From IMG/VR virus record IMGVR_UViG_3300028797_000103, positions 87,685 through 151,684 of that record: a stretch of 64,000 nucleotides of DNA. The stretch is one strand, 5' to 3'. This DNA is from a virus. Taxonomy: Duplodnaviria > Heunggongvirae > Uroviricota > Caudoviricetes. The translations under genes were made by a program, and so were the position numbers. This document shows, one piece after another, positions 20,342-30,026 of the stretch (position 1 is the stretch's first letter; each line of letters starts with the position of its first letter). The notes under the pieces were generated by a model, which worked only from the letters and a program-made list of their open reading frames with translations, searched no databases and had not been told where the DNA came from.

Positions 20342-21093
20342 TATATTTCGTATTTTGATTTTTTAGTATATAGTCCATCCATAAGAGTATATAGTCCACT
20401 TTTTAAATCGAATGAAGCCGTACTAAAAACGTTGCTGTATTTTGGGTTTGATTTCCACCACTCGGATGCTTTGTTTATTCGTACATCTTCAACAAATTCT
20501 GGTGAACACAATCCATTTAAAAACGCATAGTTGTTTATAAGAACAAACGCTTCAAACGGATAAAAGTTTTTCATGTTTTCGTCTATTATTTGACGACATC
20601 CATCTATCGCGTCTCTTGATATTCTCATATTTCGATGAAGCGTAAAATGAAATGTCGGGAGACCAAGTTCATCGAGACGATTTTTACAATCAACCAGCCA
20701 TTTTGTATATTCGTTCATTTTTGGAGTTTTGACCTCAGGTAAAAATGGTGAGTTTGTGTACTTCACATAATATGGATATTCGTTAAAATCAACATCCTTT
20801 GTGTAAAAGTGGTCATCCATTGAAACAAGGAATTCAGAACCAATGTCAGAATTATCGACAGCGTATAAGAGTTTATTTGCTATATTCTGTGCTTTTTGTG
20901 TTGGATGGATGGTATCTTTATTTATATCATCGCAAGGAATTTTTATTACTTCATCGGACAACCATTGCGGACATTCGCCACATACATAAACTCGATCTAC
21001 CCCAATCCCATACTTATCAATCGACCGTAAACCCCAACGCAACTCCATGTTGTCACATTTAGAATCCTTTCCAACTATATATAAAATATCCAT
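20341..21093 (-). CDS. hypothetical protein (possible sugar/polysaccharide-modifying enzyme)
   Basis: 250-aa ORF that ends in TAG. Confidence 0.3.
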   Translation of the reverse strand: MDILYIVGKDSKCDNMELRWGLRSIDKYGIGVDRVYVCGECPQWLSDEVIKIPCDDINKDTIHPTQKAQNIANKLLYAVDNSDIGSEFLVSMDDHFYTKDVDFNEYPYYVKYTNSPFLPEVKTPKMNEYTKWLVDCKNRLDELGLPTFHFTLHRNMRISRDAIDGCRQIIDENMKNFYPFEAFVLINNYAFLNGLCSPEFVEDVRINKASEWWKSNPKYSNVFSTASFDLKSGLYTLMDGLYTKKSKYEI

Positions 21094-21110
21094 TTTGTTG
21101 TTTTGTTACT

Positions 21111-22013
21111 TTAAAGGTTTGTTGATAAATTTGAATCAAGTGCGCTGCCGCTTTCAGATCCTCCTCCTCCACCACCGCCGCTGAACAGTGCATCTATCTC
21201 CGCCGTCGATACTTGTTGATCTTCTAGCATATCTTGAAGCGTATGTGCGCCGCTTCCTTGATTTTTTCCATTATAATTTCCAACACCAATGAGATATGCG
21301 TCACCACTTTGCATTATTTCAAATGCATTCGTTCTGTCATCGTTTGATGTTCCTATACCAATAGAGTAAAGTGTCTTTCCTGCTGGAACAGAAGATGTGT
21401 GCGTTTGATTATATTTTCCTTGAGCTCGTTCATAGTCGTTTGATGTTTTTGTCCCCAATCCAGACACAAAACTTCCTCTTGTTGAGGCGTTGCTGCTTTC
21501 TCCAAGAGATATGCTTCCATATGCCCCAGCTACAGAACCAGTTGCCCTTGCTAATTTTACAGAATTTATGCTGCTCCCTGTTGTTATTGGCGAGACTCTG
21601 GCGTAGTTGAGAGTTCTAATTATGTCTATCCAGTTTTTCTTTAAAGGTGGGACTTCGGCAGATGAAATATCATTGCCCATAGCGTCAATTTGCGTTCCAC
21701 ACACCCATATATGAGACTCGACAAGATCTGATGATGATAAAAATGAAAGTGTGAGTCCTCTTTTGTTTCTGTATGCATTGGGGACCCTCGCAATCGCCCC
21801 GGAAAGCGTATATATCGTTGTTGGACCGGCAGATGGATCCAGACTGTTTACGTTATATTCATATAAATAGTCGTCCAATTCTTTATTATTTTCATCTATA
21901 ACCGAATAGTGTCTTGTATACGGATAAACCGGAGTGTCGTTTCGTGCCCTGTCTTTAAACTGAACAACTCTTTTGTCGATATCGCTCATTTTTACATTGT
22001 TTATTTTATACAT
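21111..22013 (-). CDS. tail-fibre-like protein, short paralog (paralog 3)
   Basis: The N-terminal ~100 aa align with the 3324-5300 product (VQFKDRARND.PVYP.TRH..VIDENNKELD.Y..EYNVN.L). The C-terminus NAFEIMQSGDAYLIGVGNYNG is also shared. Confidence 0.5.
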   Translation of the reverse strand: MYKINNVKMSDIDKRVVQFKDRARNDTPVYPYTRHYSVIDENNKELDDYLYEYNVNSLDPSAGPTTIYTLSGAIARVPNAYRNKRGLTLSFLSSSDLVESHIWVCGTQIDAMGNDISSAEVPPLKKNWIDIIRTLNYARVSPITTGSSINSVKLARATGSVAGAYGSISLGESSNASTRGSFVSGLGTKTSNDYERAQGKYNQTHTSSVPAGKTLYSIGIGTSNDDRTNAFEIMQSGDAYLIGVGNYNGKNQGSGAHTLQDMLEDQQVSTAEIDALFSGGGGGGGSESGSALDSNLSTNL

Positions 22014-22060
22014 TATTTATTTTAATAAGCCGTCTGATTTGGAATTCTCGATTATTTTCC

Positions 22061-22073
22061 GTACATTTGCAAC
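22061..22073 (+). promoter_or_regulatory. promoter box variant gTACATTTGcaac
   Basis: Located upstream of dnaJ. The same variant occurs at 34233 and 49225. Confidence 0.45.
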
Positions 22074-22093
22074 GTAATTTGTGAAATGTACAT

Positions 22094-23143
22094 TTGATTA
22101 TGGAAAATAAAAATTATTACGACATTTTGGGGGTTCCAAAAACAGCAACTGATGCCGAGATAAAAGCGGCGTTCAGGAACCTGTCTAAAAAATATCATCC
22201 GGACATATCAAAGGAACCAAACGCTGAGGAAAAATTTAAGGAAATAAATGAAGCGTATTCCGTGCTTTCCGACGAAAAGAAGCGAAAGATGTATGATACA
22301 TACGGTACCGCAGACGAACAGGCGTTTGGAAACGGAGGTGGATTTGATTTCAGAGGTGGATTTGATGATTTCTTCAATAGATTCAAACGAGAAACAAGAC
22401 GAGTTGAAAGAGGGGATGACCTCAAGGTTGACATCACGTTAACATTTGAAGAAGCGTTCTACGGCGTAAAGAAAACAATATCCGTGTCTAAGATGTGCAC
22501 CTGTCATCGGTGCAGCGGCTCTGGAAGTGAAACGAACGAGGAAGAGATTTGCCCGGTTTGTAACGGTACTGGACAAGAATACAGATCATATCGTCAGGGA
22601 AACACAATTTTTCAACAGGGCACGACGTGCTCGAATTGCCACGGAACAGGTAGAGTAATCCTTCATCCTTGTGAAAACTGTAACGGAACCGGACTTGAGA
22701 AACGGACGGTTAATGTTGACGTTGATATTCCGGCCGGCGTTTCCGGAGATTCATATATGGTTGTTCAAGGAAAGGGGAATGACGGAGAGCATCGCGGAAT
22801 TCCGGGAGACCTTATTGTTGTAATATCCGTAAAGGAGTCAAAAGACGGACTCAAGAGAGATGGAAACTCGTTAAGATATACGGCAAAGATGAAATTCCCG
22901 GATATGGTATTCGGAAAGGATATCGAAATACCTTACCTCACCGGAAAAAAGAAAATCCACGTAGACAGCGGAACTCAGAGCGGAAAGGAATTCACACTTT
23001 ACGGAATGGGATTCAGGGATCCGAACAATCCGGGTAATAGCAGGCTTGTCGGAGATTACATAGTCACAGTCGAATGTGATATTCCGAAAAAGAAAGATTT
23101 GAAAAAAGAAGACATTGACTTACTAAAAAAATTATTTAAATGA
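22094..23143 (+). CDS. dnaJ: DnaJ-type co-chaperone (J domain + four CxxCxGxG zinc-finger repeats)
   Basis: [30 protein letters not shown] (HPD motif). Repeats [24 protein letters not shown] and CENCNGTG. Confidence 0.8.
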   Translation: MIMENKNYYDILGVPKTATDAEIKAAFRNLSKKYHPDISKEPNAEEKFKEINEAYSVLSDEKKRKMYDTYGTADEQAFGNGGGFDFRGGFDDFFNRFKRETRRVERGDDLKVDITLTFEEAFYGVKKTISVSKMCTCHRCSGSGSETNEEEICPVCNGTGQEYRSYRQGNTIFQQGTTCSNCHGTGRVILHPCENCNGTGLEKRTVNVDVDIPAGVSGDSYMVVQGKGNDGEHRGIPGDLIVVISVKESKDGLKRDGNSLRYTAKMKFPDMVFGKDIEIPYLTGKKKIHVDSGTQSGKEFTLYGMGFRDPNNPGNSRLVGDYIVTVECDIPKKKDLKKEDIDLLKKLFK

Positions 23144-23144
23144 T

Positions 23145-23492
23145 ATGACTAGCTTATTGATAACTCTTCCGAAGCATATATCTTGGAAAGATTATGAAAA
23201 GGAGTTGGAAACCGTCAAGGACGGTGAAATGCAGATGAACTTCAAGGTCAGCAGTAGACCGAAAAGAGTATCTGCTGGAGACAGATGTTATATTTGTCAC
23301 AACGGATACATTGTTGGCTGGATGAAAATTGTCGACATATTTTATGGAGACAGATTCAAATGTTCTACAACGGGTTGTGATTGGGATGAAGGCTGGTACG
23401 TTGCGAGGTCAGGAGAATTTCACTATATAACGCCTATCCCATGCAAGGGGTTTCAGGGATACCGTTATATTGATTCTGACAACCTTGAATAA
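23145..23492 (+). CDS. hypothetical protein
   Basis: 115-aa ORF immediately after dnaJ. Confidence 0.4.
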   Translation: MTSLLITLPKHISWKDYEKELETVKDGEMQMNFKVSSRPKRVSAGDRCYICHNGYIVGWMKIVDIFYGDRFKCSTTGCDWDEGWYVARSGEFHYITPIPCKGFQGYRYIDSDNLE

Positions 23493-23537
23493 AATATTAT
23501 AAATAAAATTTGCAAATCTGAAAAAATATCCGTACAT

Positions 23538-24803
23538 TTGCGGAGAAATGATAAAACGACAATAATGGAACCAATCGAAGGAAAAGAAATAGTAGGAGTA
23601 CAGGAAGATTCTAACAATTACACAAAGATGTCCTCGTTTCAGGAAGGGTATCCGATTGTGGCATTCTGCCCGGAAAAGCTTTACGTTGACAGATTCAAAC
23701 TTATACCATCTGCCAAGTATGTAAGGTTTTATATGAATGATGACAGGACTGAGTTTGATTTCAAATCGATAAACGGAGAAGTCCTGAAAGCTGCTTATCT
23801 TAAAACAGATTTCTGCAAGGATTCCGGTGCAGACGTTGATAGCATCGACGTGATAGAACGCATTTCGAGGTCAACGTTTGCCGAAAACAAAGGCGGAAAA
23901 CGAGTCAAGAAGACAACATACAACACGGCGTATGTCAATGATAGGTGCGTTGATTCATCTATGACACTTATAGATAATCTCAACCGTATCATATTCACTT
24001 TTGATAACTGCTCGATGGAAGTGTATTACCCCTCGACAAAAGCAGACGTCGATGGTGTATTCTACAAACTTTGCGATCAGCTTTGGAAATTTATACCTAC
24101 AAAGGATTCAAAGGAGAAATCAAAGGCTGAGATTGAACTCATAACCTACGCAAACCGCAGGCTTGATACAACAACAGGCGAGATTGAGGCAACGACAATT
24201 GATGTCAACAAGACATACAACGACGACTTCAAGGACGTTTATAAGAAGATTAACGACTTTGTCAACGACGAGGAGAAAGGTTGCGGAATAGTCATATTGA
24301 ACGGTGAGCCGGGAACAGGAAAAACGACGTTCATCCGTGACATCGTTACCCACAGTAAGAAGAAATTCCTTTTTATATCTCCTGAACTGGCTAATAATAT
24401 TTCTTCTCCTGATTTCACACAACTTCTTCTGGAAAACGCAAACAGCGTTTTAATTATGGAAGATTGTGAGAAGGCAATTGAGAAACGGTCTGACGGTGGG
24501 TTTATGTCAAGCGTAGCTTCGATTCTCAATATGAGCGATGGTCTGCTTGGTGACATATACAACATCAGGTTCATATGTACGTTCAACTCAGACCTTGAGC
24601 GGGTTGATGACGCCCTGTTGAGAAAGGGACGATGCAAGGCTATGTACACATTTAAGAAACTCGCGAAAGAAAAGGCGACCGCCATTTTGAAAGAACGCGG
24701 ATTCGATGTAGTCGCAGACGAAGATATGTCTCTTGCAGACATATTCCACTATGGAGAAGACAACGGAGTAGAAACATCAGAAAAAAGAAAAATAGGTTTT
24801 TAA
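23538..24803 (+). CDS. AAA+ ATPase
   Basis: Walker A GEPGTGKTT and Walker B VLIMEDCE. A promoter box gtacatttgcgg lies upstream at 23532. Confidence 0.65.
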   Translation: MRRNDKTTIMEPIEGKEIVGVQEDSNNYTKMSSFQEGYPIVAFCPEKLYVDRFKLIPSAKYVRFYMNDDRTEFDFKSINGEVLKAAYLKTDFCKDSGADVDSIDVIERISRSTFAENKGGKRVKKTTYNTAYVNDRCVDSSMTLIDNLNRIIFTFDNCSMEVYYPSTKADVDGVFYKLCDQLWKFIPTKDSKEKSKAEIELITYANRRLDTTTGEIEATTIDVNKTYNDDFKDVYKKINDFVNDEEKGCGIVILNGEPGTGKTTFIRDIVTHSKKKFLFISPELANNISSPDFTQLLLENANSVLIMEDCEKAIEKRSDGGFMSSVASILNMSDGLLGDIYNIRFICTFNSDLERVDDALLRKGRCKAMYTFKKLAKEKATAILKERGFDVVADEDMSLADIFHYGEDNGVETSEKRKIGF

Positions 24804-24824
24804 CAAATATTAAAATATTAAAAT

Positions 24825-25739
24825 ATGAAAACACAAACGTATACCAAGATTCAGACATTGTATAAAAGGTATGTGCTTAAAGGCGTTGACCTCCCCAACA
24901 AGGATTGGATTGTTTTCCAGAACAAAATCATCCTCGGAGGATATTCCGATGATCACATGAAATATGTGAAGAATCTTCTTTTCGATTGCACGGAGAAGGT
25001 TGACGGAACAAACTCAAAGATTGTATATCTTCCTTCTACCGGAGAATGCTTCTGCGGAGGAAAGACTGATAACGCGGATATTGTTGGGACTGGTCAGAAA
25101 GTGTTTCTCGATGCTGTAATTGAAAGAATCAAACCAATTCTTGCAGAGCTTTTCCCTCCAGAGTCCGCCAAGTTTACTCCTAAAGTGAACGACAAGAATC
25201 AGATTCAGTATTATAACATTTCTTCTGATGTTAATGGAGCCATTCTTTCAGATGTCAATCCAATCGCACCGGGTGTTTATGGTGTAGAGCTTGAGGAGGT
25301 TCCTGTTTACATTTACGGCGAGTTCTACGGAAAGAAGATTCAGAAAGGAGGAAATTACGACAAGGACAACAACCGTTTCGCCGTGTTCGATATTTGTCAG
25401 CAGGGATGGTGGGTTCCTCTCGATATGCTTTCTGAATATACTCAGAAGCTTGGTCTCGATTTGGTTCCTTACATCGGGCAGATGACAATCGACGAAGCCG
25501 AAGAAATTGTGAAGAATGGGTTCAAAACGACGGTTCCGAATGTCAGCAATCCGGATTACCTTGCCGAAGGAATCGTAGCTCGCCCCGTTGTTCCAATCAA
25601 GGATCCTCGTGGTCGCAGGATAATTGTAAAAATAAAGACTTGTGATTACAATGATCTTCGGGTTGCTATAAACAAAGTTGGTGAAGAAGAGTACAGAAAA
25701 TTCGACGCGTGGTATAAAGAAAATGTAGAATCTGTATAA
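24825..25739 (+). CDS. RNA-ligase-like nucleotidyltransferase (ligase superfamily)
   Basis: Motif I KVDGTN, motif III-like YIYGEFYGKKIQ, motif IV/V AEGIVARP and FDI. Confidence 0.55.
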   Translation: MKTQTYTKIQTLYKRYVLKGVDLPNKDWIVFQNKIILGGYSDDHMKYVKNLLFDCTEKVDGTNSKIVYLPSTGECFCGGKTDNADIVGTGQKVFLDAVIERIKPILAELFPPESAKFTPKVNDKNQIQYYNISSDVNGAILSDVNPIAPGVYGVELEEVPVYIYGEFYGKKIQKGGNYDKDNNRFAVFDICQQGWWVPLDMLSEYTQKLGLDLVPYIGQMTIDEAEEIVKNGFKTTVPNVSNPDYLAEGIVARPVVPIKDPRGRRIIVKIKTCDYNDLRVAINKVGEEEYRKFDAWYKENVESV

Positions 25740-26380
25740 TGTACACAAGGGTTCCACTACAGAAACTTACACATAAGCTTGACAAGTTCAAGCTTTGTTA
25801 CGTTGATACCATACCGGAAACTGTGTGGGCTCTTCCTCCAGAACTACAGGAAGAATATGATAAAATACCTTATGAAGAATTTAAGAATAACCCATGGTTA
25901 TATGATAAATTCAGATTTAAGGATCTTCCGAATCCGGAATACTTAAAGGGAGAAAGAGAGTATCTCGCTTACTTCACTCCAAGAACATTGGATGAACAGA
26001 CCGGCGACGATTGGGATGATACCCCGTATGAGTGCAACGCTGGAATACCATACGATGATTTTATCGTTTCTTCGAAGGAGGAGAATGGTATAAAAGTCGC
26101 AACTGAAATCGAGAAATATGAGATTATTGTTGTTCCTTTTTCTACGAGGAGTTTTAATACCTCTATTCCGAAAGATTATAACGATGGATACAATTCTCAT
26201 TTCTGTGTGAATGACATCAACGCTGGGGCTGTAGCATGGATATATGATTTCAACGCGACCGAAAAGAAACACGGTGCTATTTATGCGGGGTGCACTCCGT
26301 TTGAGTTCAAAAAGACAATAAATTACATAAGAGATTACAATAAGAAACAATTTGATAATTACATGAGTTATGAAGATTAA
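25739..26380 (+). CDS. hypothetical protein
   Basis: 213-aa ORF with no motif recognised. Confidence 0.4.
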   Translation: MYTRVPLQKLTHKLDKFKLCYVDTIPETVWALPPELQEEYDKIPYEEFKNNPWLYDKFRFKDLPNPEYLKGEREYLAYFTPRTLDEQTGDDWDDTPYECNAGIPYDDFIVSSKEENGIKVATEIEKYEIIVVPFSTRSFNTSIPKDYNDGYNSHFCVNDINAGAVAWIYDFNATEKKHGAIYAGCTPFEFKKTINYIRDYNKKQFDNYMSYED

Positions 26381-27971
26381 ATTCAATACAATCTATCTCA
26401 AGAATTTCCGAAGAGGGCTTGCAACAAACAGTTCATCAACACACTCTCTAATTTACAGAAACGATAATGAAGTTTTTGAAGATCTTGGTGTGTTTGATAA
26501 CGACTATTATGGTCGTCATACAAAAACAATTGCTGCAACACGCGAGGCTAAAATCAAATATGTCCTCGCAAACATAATGTATAACGACGCTCTCGTTGAG
26601 GTGATGTCAAAATTTTATCCGGAAATGGAACAATATTTTCCGGACATAAAAGCTACGTTAATCAACGAAGAAAAATCTCCATATGCTACATGTGATGATA
26701 ACGGATTCGGATGTTGCTACCGTGGTTCGATGACGTCAGATGACCTTAAATTTAATATAGATTATCTGAGAAACATAATCGACAATCCGGATATCGTAAT
26801 CGTCGGAGGTTCAGATGAGACCGATTTTGTTTATGATACAATCGAAGGACACGATAAAGAGCCTCTTCCTGACGATCATTATTGTTCCGCATATTCCCAC
26901 ATAAGCACAACTCCAATCAAAAATGGAAATTATTATACTTGCTATGGGGAAAAGAATTCTTCGAGGTATAGCGGTCATTACAGGCTTCGTTTTTCAACAA
27001 CCCCAAATGCTCCAGTTCCTGAATATCCTGAACTTATCGATATCAGAATAACGAACCGTTGCGAAAATGGTTGTCCGTTCTGCTTTATGGATTCCAATCT
27101 GAATGAGCCGGATGCAGACTTTAACTTCCTTAAGCAGATTGCAAACCAGCTCAAAATTAGGACGGAGTTTTCTATTGGCGGAGGAAACGTTCTTCTGTAT
27201 CCTCATTTTGAAGAGTTCGTAAAGCTTCTTCACGAAAACGGACACGTTGTTAATGTAACAATAAACGCAAAGAACGCTAAAGATATAATTTCTGACGAAC
27301 ATATGATTGAAGTGTTCAGAAAATATGTCGATGGCTGCGGAGTTTCAGTTTTCAACGACACCGATATAGACGAGCTTGATAGACTGAAGAGGATTATAAA
27401 TAAAGAAGACGGAAAGACGTGGAATCCTAAACGCGTATATTTTGTAGCACATCTTATTCCTGAGCTTCTTGGTGTCGGCGGAACGATTAACGTTATTAAT
27501 AGGATTCGGAAGAAAAACCAATGGGTGGACTATCTTTTCCTCGGCTACAAGACAAATGGTCGCGGAAAGAATTTAAACTACAGGCATTTCACTGATCATG
27601 AGCTTGATCAGATATTTAAAGAATTCAGTCACAGCGTAGCAATTGATACTACATTTGCAAATAGATACGAGAAATATATAAAGAAACATTTCTCTCACAA
27701 ATATAGCATCACTATGAACGAGGGAGAGTTTTCGATGTACATCGACGGAATAACGAAGTCTGCGTATAAATCATCATACCAAACCGACAAGCCGTATCTT
27801 ATGTGGGTCGATTATTCAAAATATCAAAATTACAGGGATATGCCAGACACATATAATGTAAAGGAAGCGTTCACGAAGATACGGGAAGATGGTGGATTCG
27901 AGGTGTATGACAAAATAAAAAGAAGCGTTTATGATAATGTCGAGCCGAGAGGAACTGAGGAAGAAGATTAA
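26370..27971 (+). CDS. radical SAM domain protein
   Basis: CxxxCxxC cluster ITNRCENGCPFCF at about aa 225. A ~220-aa N-terminal extension is present. Confidence 0.55.
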   Translation: MKIKFNTIYLKNFRRGLATNSSSTHSLIYRNDNEVFEDLGVFDNDYYGRHTKTIAATREAKIKYVLANIMYNDALVEVMSKFYPEMEQYFPDIKATLINEEKSPYATCDDNGFGCCYRGSMTSDDLKFNIDYLRNIIDNPDIVIVGGSDETDFVYDTIEGHDKEPLPDDHYCSAYSHISTTPIKNGNYYTCYGEKNSSRYSGHYRLRFSTTPNAPVPEYPELIDIRITNRCENGCPFCFMDSNLNEPDADFNFLKQIANQLKIRTEFSIGGGNVLLYPHFEEFVKLLHENGHVVNVTINAKNAKDIISDEHMIEVFRKYVDGCGVSVFNDTDIDELDRLKRIINKEDGKTWNPKRVYFVAHLIPELLGVGGTINVINRIRKKNQWVDYLFLGYKTNGRGKNLNYRHFTDHELDQIFKEFSHSVAIDTTFANRYEKYIKKHFSHKYSITMNEGEFSMYIDGITKSAYKSSYQTDKPYLMWVDYSKYQNYRDMPDTYNVKEAFTKIREDGGFEVYDKIKRSVYDNVEPRGTEEED

Positions 27972-28515
27972 AACGGCTTGGATTAACATCCGGTTTCCGT
28001 TTTTTGCTCCAAGGGATCACAAAACCGATAAGATTGTTTGGGAAAAGATTTTCAAACAGTCATATTGGTGGTCTATTCCAGACGGATGGAGAACGGCGTT
28101 CGGAATCAGGTTTGCAAAAGACTTTAAAAGAGCGATTCGTCATTCAAAGAAATCACTGTTTTTCGTTAGCATAAAGGAAAAGTTCGGAATACTCGACTTG
28201 ACGTTGAATGCATATACTGACGAAATATTCAAACTGATTTCAAAATATGTGAAGCTGTCTTCCACAACATGTATAAAGTGTGGAAAGAAAGCTGACGGAA
28301 AAACCCACCCTTGGATATTTCCATTGTGTTATAGTTGCTATATTGATCCAAAAAATAATTATGTTAATCGTAAATTGGGTTTCAAATCATTTGAATTTGA
28401 GAAGTTATCAGATGAGGCAAAGCGAGAATATTTGCTTGAGGCGCAAAACGATGAATATAATTATGGGCACAATGTTCAGCATAAGTATACAAATGATGAA
28501 GGAGATGACATCTAG
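27931..28515 (+). CDS. hypothetical protein with C-terminal Cys-rich (zinc-ribbon-like) segment
   Basis: CIKCGKK...CYSCY. The ORF ends in TAG. Confidence 0.4.
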   Translation: MIMSSREELRKKIKTAWINIRFPFFAPRDHKTDKIVWEKIFKQSYWWSIPDGWRTAFGIRFAKDFKRAIRHSKKSLFFVSIKEKFGILDLTLNAYTDEIFKLISKYVKLSSTTCIKCGKKADGKTHPWIFPLCYSCYIDPKNNYVNRKLGFKSFEFEKLSDEAKREYLLEAQNDEYNYGHNVQHKYTNDEGDDI

Positions 28516-28544
28516 TCATCTCTTTCTTTTTCTTTATTTTTTCA

Positions 28545-28557
28545 GTATATTTGCAAA
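28545..28557 (+). promoter_or_regulatory. conserved promoter box gTATATTTGcaaa
   Basis: Located 35 nt upstream of the 28592 start. Confidence 0.55.
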
Positions 28558-28591
28558 AGCAATTAAACGTTATACTTAATTCGTTGATTTT

Positions 28592-29584
28592 ATGATTATA
28601 TGCAAAGCCGGTAAATCCGATGTAGAAACTATTGTTAACCTGTTCGTTAATCACGTTTCATCTCATCCAGAATACATTTCACACGGGGAGATCCAAATGG
28701 GAGTTGGAATAAGACATTTCGATAACGGTTACTTTACATCAAGATTGTCGGAAGATGCTGCAAAGAATTGGACAAAATATATCGAATCAAAAATAGAAAG
28801 TCAACGTTCGTCAGTTTGGAAACTTGTAGACGGAGACAATATAAATGGATTTTGTGTTGCAGAAATACAGGAGGATGGCTCCGATCCGTTTGGAGTTGTT
28901 TGTGATTTATTCGTTAAGGAAAAATTTCGCCGTGTAGGAATAGGAGAGAAACTTCTGAATGTTGCAATATCTTGGTTGGATGACCACAACGTGTCTGGAA
29001 TTTATATAGAATCTGGAATTGACAATAACGCTGCACATAGATTTTATGAAAACAGAGGGTTTGTTAATATTAGTAAAACATATAAACTTGAAAGGATGAA
29101 TAATAATATTGGAAGTTTGGACGCGAATATCAAAGGATTAAGACAAGGCGTTCCGGTGAAATTTCTTAAATTGAGTGAAAACGCGGTTGTTCCTGAATAT
29201 AAAACTCTTGGTAGCTCTGGAATGGATGTCAGGAGCACAATAGATTGTGAACTTAACCCCGGAGAAAGAAAACTGATTCCGACTGGATGGGCGGCTGAAA
29301 TTCCAGAAGGATATGAAATTCAAGTGAGAAGTAGAAGTGGACTTGCTGCAAATTACGGTGTTATTGTATTAAACGAGCCAGGAACGGTTGATTCTGATTA
29401 CAGGGGAGAGATAAAGGTTATACTTTACAATAGCGGAAGCGAAGTCTTCCCCGTCAGCGCTGGAGATAGAATCGCGCAGCTGGTGCTCGCAAAATGTGAA
29501 CATGCTGATGTAGTTGTTGTGGACACGATTCAATCATCAACCGAAAGAGGTGATGGTGGGTTCGGTCACACTGGTGTGAAATAA
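28592..29584 (+). CDS. dut: GNAT acetyltransferase - dUTP diphosphatase fusion protein
   Basis: N-terminal GNAT motifs (RRVGIGEKLL...AHRFYENRGF). C-terminal dUTPase motifs (SSGMDVRS, LIPTG, RSGLA, GTVDSDYRGEI, GDRIAQLV). Confidence 0.7.
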   Translation: MIICKAGKSDVETIVNLFVNHVSSHPEYISHGEIQMGVGIRHFDNGYFTSRLSEDAAKNWTKYIESKIESQRSSVWKLVDGDNINGFCVAEIQEDGSDPFGVVCDLFVKEKFRRVGIGEKLLNVAISWLDDHNVSGIYIESGIDNNAAHRFYENRGFVNISKTYKLERMNNNIGSLDANIKGLRQGVPVKFLKLSENAVVPEYKTLGSSGMDVRSTIDCELNPGERKLIPTGWAAEIPEGYEIQVRSRSGLAANYGVIVLNEPGTVDSDYRGEIKVILYNSGSEVFPVSAGDRIAQLVLAKCEHADVVVVDTIQSSTERGDGGFGHTGVK

Positions 29585-29585
29585 T

Positions 29586-30026
29586 ATGAAGATAATTTTT
29601 CTAGACATAGATGGGGTGATGAACAAACTCTCTGAACTCGGAGGAGTTGTTGGTCCAACCATAAACAAGAAAAAGGTTGCTTTGCTGAATCAACTTTCAG
29701 ATATAAAAGATATAGCAATCGTCATATCTTCCTCTTGGAGAAATGAGGCGGTAAAGCCGCTGAAAGATGCAGGTCTTGAAATTCCTATACTTGGGTGTAC
29801 TCCACAATTGTTTTATCCATGGGCTTGCCGAGGTAACGAGATAGAGAAATACATGACCGACACATATAATTACGAAAATGCTGATTTTGAATATGTTATA
29901 CTTGATGATGTAGAATATATCCTCTATTCACAGATTGACAATTTCGTGAAAGTTAATATGTATGATGGTCTTACACAGGAAAATGTAGATAAAGTTAGAG
30001 AAATACTTACTAAATACGATGAATGA
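29586..30026 (+). CDS. HAD-like hydrolase (motif I DxDGV)
   Basis: The N-terminus MKIIFLDIDGVMN matches HAD motif I. Confidence 0.4.
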   Translation: MKIIFLDIDGVMNKLSELGGVVGPTINKKKVALLNQLSDIKDIAIVISSSWRNEAVKPLKDAGLEIPILGCTPQLFYPWACRGNEIEKYMTDTYNYENADFEYVILDDVEYILYSQIDNFVKVNMYDGLTQENVDKVREILTKYDE

